In this document: one piece after another, positions 61,428 through 64,000 of the stretch
How positions within the stretch are numbered: position 1 is the first letter of the stretch
How the letters are laid out: each line of letters begins with the position of its first letter
NCBI RefSeq assembly: GCF_964355755.1
Contig: NC_092674.1
Span: 17,236,001-17,300,000 of the forward strand
DNA length: 64,000 nucleotides
Direction: 5' to 3'
DNA from: Antedon mediterranea
Taxonomy: Eukaryota > Animalia > Echinodermata
The notes under the pieces: model-generated
Told to the model about the DNA's origin: nothing
Seen by the model: the letters and a program-made list of their open reading frames with translations, nothing else
The model's database searches: none
Position numbers and translations under genes: made by a program

Positions 61428-64000
61428 ATATGTTCATAAATGGATATATTATAGCCCAATTATTGAATTTTAAATGGTAGACATTTTGGTTATTGACATA
61501 ACTCGTTACTATGGCTTTATAAGATTATGTTAACACAATATATGTGCATAAATGGCAATATTATAGCCAATTATTGAATTTTAAACGGTGGACATTTTGG
61601 TTAATGTTAGCAAAATATATCTGTATAAATGGCAACAGTATAGCATAATTTTCGAATTTTGAAAAGTGGAAATTTTTGCCATTGTTTGAAAAAATTCCTA
61701 TGGTGTCCCGCTGAAAAATTTTCGAAAAATTGCCAAATTTTGACCCTTTTATTTTTTGATGTAACTAGTTACTATGGCTCTATAAGATGATGTTAGCACA
61801 ATATATGTGCATAAATGGCAATATTATAGCATAATTTTTGAATTTTAAACAATGGAAATTTTGACCATTTTTCGAAAAAAATCCTATGGTTTGGTTTGGC
61901 ATGGAAATTTTTCGAAAAATGCCCAAATTTCGACACTTTTATTTCCTGACATAACTAGTTACTATGGCTCTATAAGATGATGTTAACACAATATATGTCC
62001 ATAAATGGCAATATTATAGCATAATTATTTAATTTTAAAAACTGGAAAATTTTTGCCATTTTCGACCTTTTTAAATTTTGACATAAGTAGTTGCTATGGC
62101 TCTATAAGATGATGTTAGAACAATATATGTGCATCAATGGCAATATTATAGCATAATTTTTGAATTTCAAAAAGTGGAAATTTTGGTCATTTTTCGAAAA
62201 GAATTCCTATGGTCCCCCGCAGGGAAATTTTCGGAAAAATTTCCAAAGTTCAAACCTTTTATTTTTTGACATAACTAGTCACGATGGCTCTATAAGATGA
62301 TTCTAACACAATATATTTGCATAAATGCCAATATAATAGCATAATTATTGAATTTTAAAAAGTGGAAATTTTGGTCATTTTTCGAAAAGAATTCCTATGG
62401 TCCCCCGCAGGGAAATTTTCGCAAAAATGGCCAAATTTCAAACCTTTTATTTTTTGACATAACTAGTTACTATGGGTCTATAAGATGATGTTAGCACAAT
62501 ATATGTGCATAAATGGCAATATTATAGCATAATTTTTGAATTTCAAAAAGTGGAAATCTTGGCAATGTTTCGAAAAAATTTCTATAAGATGATGTTAGTA
62601 CAATATAATTTGCATAAATTGCAATATTATATAGCATTATTTTTTAATTTTAAACAATGGAAATTTTGACCATTTTTCGAAAATGCTTATATAATAGCAT
62701 AATTATTGAATTTTAAAAAGTGGAAATTTTGGCCATTTTTCGAAAAAAATCCTATGAAATTTTGGCAAAAATGGCCAAATTTCAAACCTTTTATTTTGTT
62801 GACATAACTAGTTACTATGGCTCTATAAGATGATGTTAGTACAATATATTTGCATAAATTGCAATATTATATAGCATTATTTTTTAATTTTAAACAATGG
62901 AAATTTTGACCATTTTTCGAAAAAATTCCTATGGTCCCCCGCAGGGAAATTTTCGCAAAAATTTGCCAAATTTCGACCCTTTTATTTTTTGACATAACTA
63001 GTTACGATGGCTCTATAAGATAATGCTAACACAATATATTTGCATAAATGCCAATATAATAGCATAATTATTGAATTTTAAAAAGTTAAAATTTTGGCTA
63101 TTTTTCGAAAAACTTCCTATGGTTCCTCCGCAGGGAAATTTTCGCAAAAATGGCCAAATTTCAAACCTTTTATTTTTTGACATAACTAGTTACTATGGCT
63201 CTATAAGATGATGTTAGCACAATATATTTGCATAAATGGCAATATTATTATATAGCATACTTTTTTAATTAAAAAAAGTCGAAATGTTGGCAATTCTTCG
63301 AAAAAATGCCTATGGTCCCCCGCAGGGAAATTTTCGAAAAATGGCCAAATTTCGACCCCTTTATTTTTTGACATAACTAGTTACTATGGCTCTATAAGAT
63401 GATGTTAGCACAACATATTTCCATAAATGGCTATATTATAGCATAAATATTTAATTTTAAAAAGTGGAAAATTTTTGCCATTTTTCGAAAAAAAAAATCC
63501 TGTGGTCCCCCGCAAATTTGGACCCTTTTATTTTTTGACATAACTAGTTACTATGGCTCTATAAGATGATGTTAGCACAATATATTTGCATAAATAGCAA
63601 TATTAGCATAATTTTTTAATTTTAAACAATTTTTCGAAAAATGGCCAATTTTTCGAAAAATGGCTAAATTTCGACCCAACAGCGGGTGTTTCAGAATCCT
63701 AGAATATAACGTGCAACGCTAGTGTTTTAATGTAACAGAAAAACACAGAAAAACTTACGAAACAGTCAAACACCAGTCAAATTAACTACAGCACAGTCTT
63801 AAACAGATCATAAACATCAAAGTTTGTAGTTAGACCAGATTCAGCTCAGTCGAAAACAAGGAAAAATAGTGAAGTACAGAGCTCGAACAAAACACGTCCG
63901 TGCTCGACCACAGTTCGTTTTACAAATATTACCTATATTTAGTCATCTGATAACATTTTTTACCACGCCGTTTATTTTTAATATTTTTTTTAAATGCCTC

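Larger units (their letters stand above)
34366..61493. repeat. Macro-repeat: units 34366-41365 (7.0 kb), 41366-49500 (8135 bp), 49501-58566 (9066 bp) and 58567-~61493 (partial)
   Basis: Identical ORFs recur at offsets 7002, 8135 and 9066. The length differences are explained by a ~1.13-kb deletion in unit 1 and an extra MITE in unit 3. Confidence 0.93.
32023..63677. repeat. Satellite 3 (~185-bp monomer, ~135-bp deletion variants), interrupted by multiple insertions
   Basis: gacataactagttactatggctctataagatgatgttagcacaatata...ggtcccccgcagggaaattttcgaaaaatggccaaatttcgaccc is repeated throughout. Confidence 0.95.

Noticed and set aside
63678-64000. Non-satellite sequence at the window end
   Set aside because: It is too short, with no ORF, TIR or motif that could be assigned.

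Overview
AT-rich eukaryotic (metazoan, probably marine invertebrate) heterochromatin-like window with no recognisable host gene. It consists of three satellite families carrying nested mobile elements. From left to right: (1) a minus-strand Ngaro/DIRS-group retroelement (56-5194) with ~282-bp direct repeats, an SGNH-hydrolase pseudogene, a 20-bp minisatellite, gag and RT/RNase H, but no tyrosine recombinase. (2) A ~250-bp tRNA-derived satellite (5.2-24.2 kb) with a 2.7-kb higher-order repeat, two copies of a tRNA-headed SINE-like unit, and a Helentron-type HINE. The HINE carries two tRNA-Val-like modules and a nested PHD-APE-RT LINE with a 2A-like peptide. (3) An L2 3' stub and an internally deleted DIRS1 remnant. 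(4) An ~87-bp satellite with inversions and a TIR element with an AAAA target-site duplication (TSD). (5) A ~185-bp satellite (31.4-63.7 kb) amplified as a 7-9 kb macro-repeat that includes nested Harbinger-like elements. The macro-repeat also carries a 1.35-1.57-kb insertion encoding only an SGNH hydrolase, flanked by a 57-bp target duplication. It has one intact copy (60548-61174), three disrupted copies, and a visible empty site at ~34070. The most novel-looking signal is this SGNH-hydrolase-plus-minisatellite module, which occurs in two unrelated mobile elements that both lack an integrase or recombinase. Family assignments come from motif recognition only; no database searches were run.
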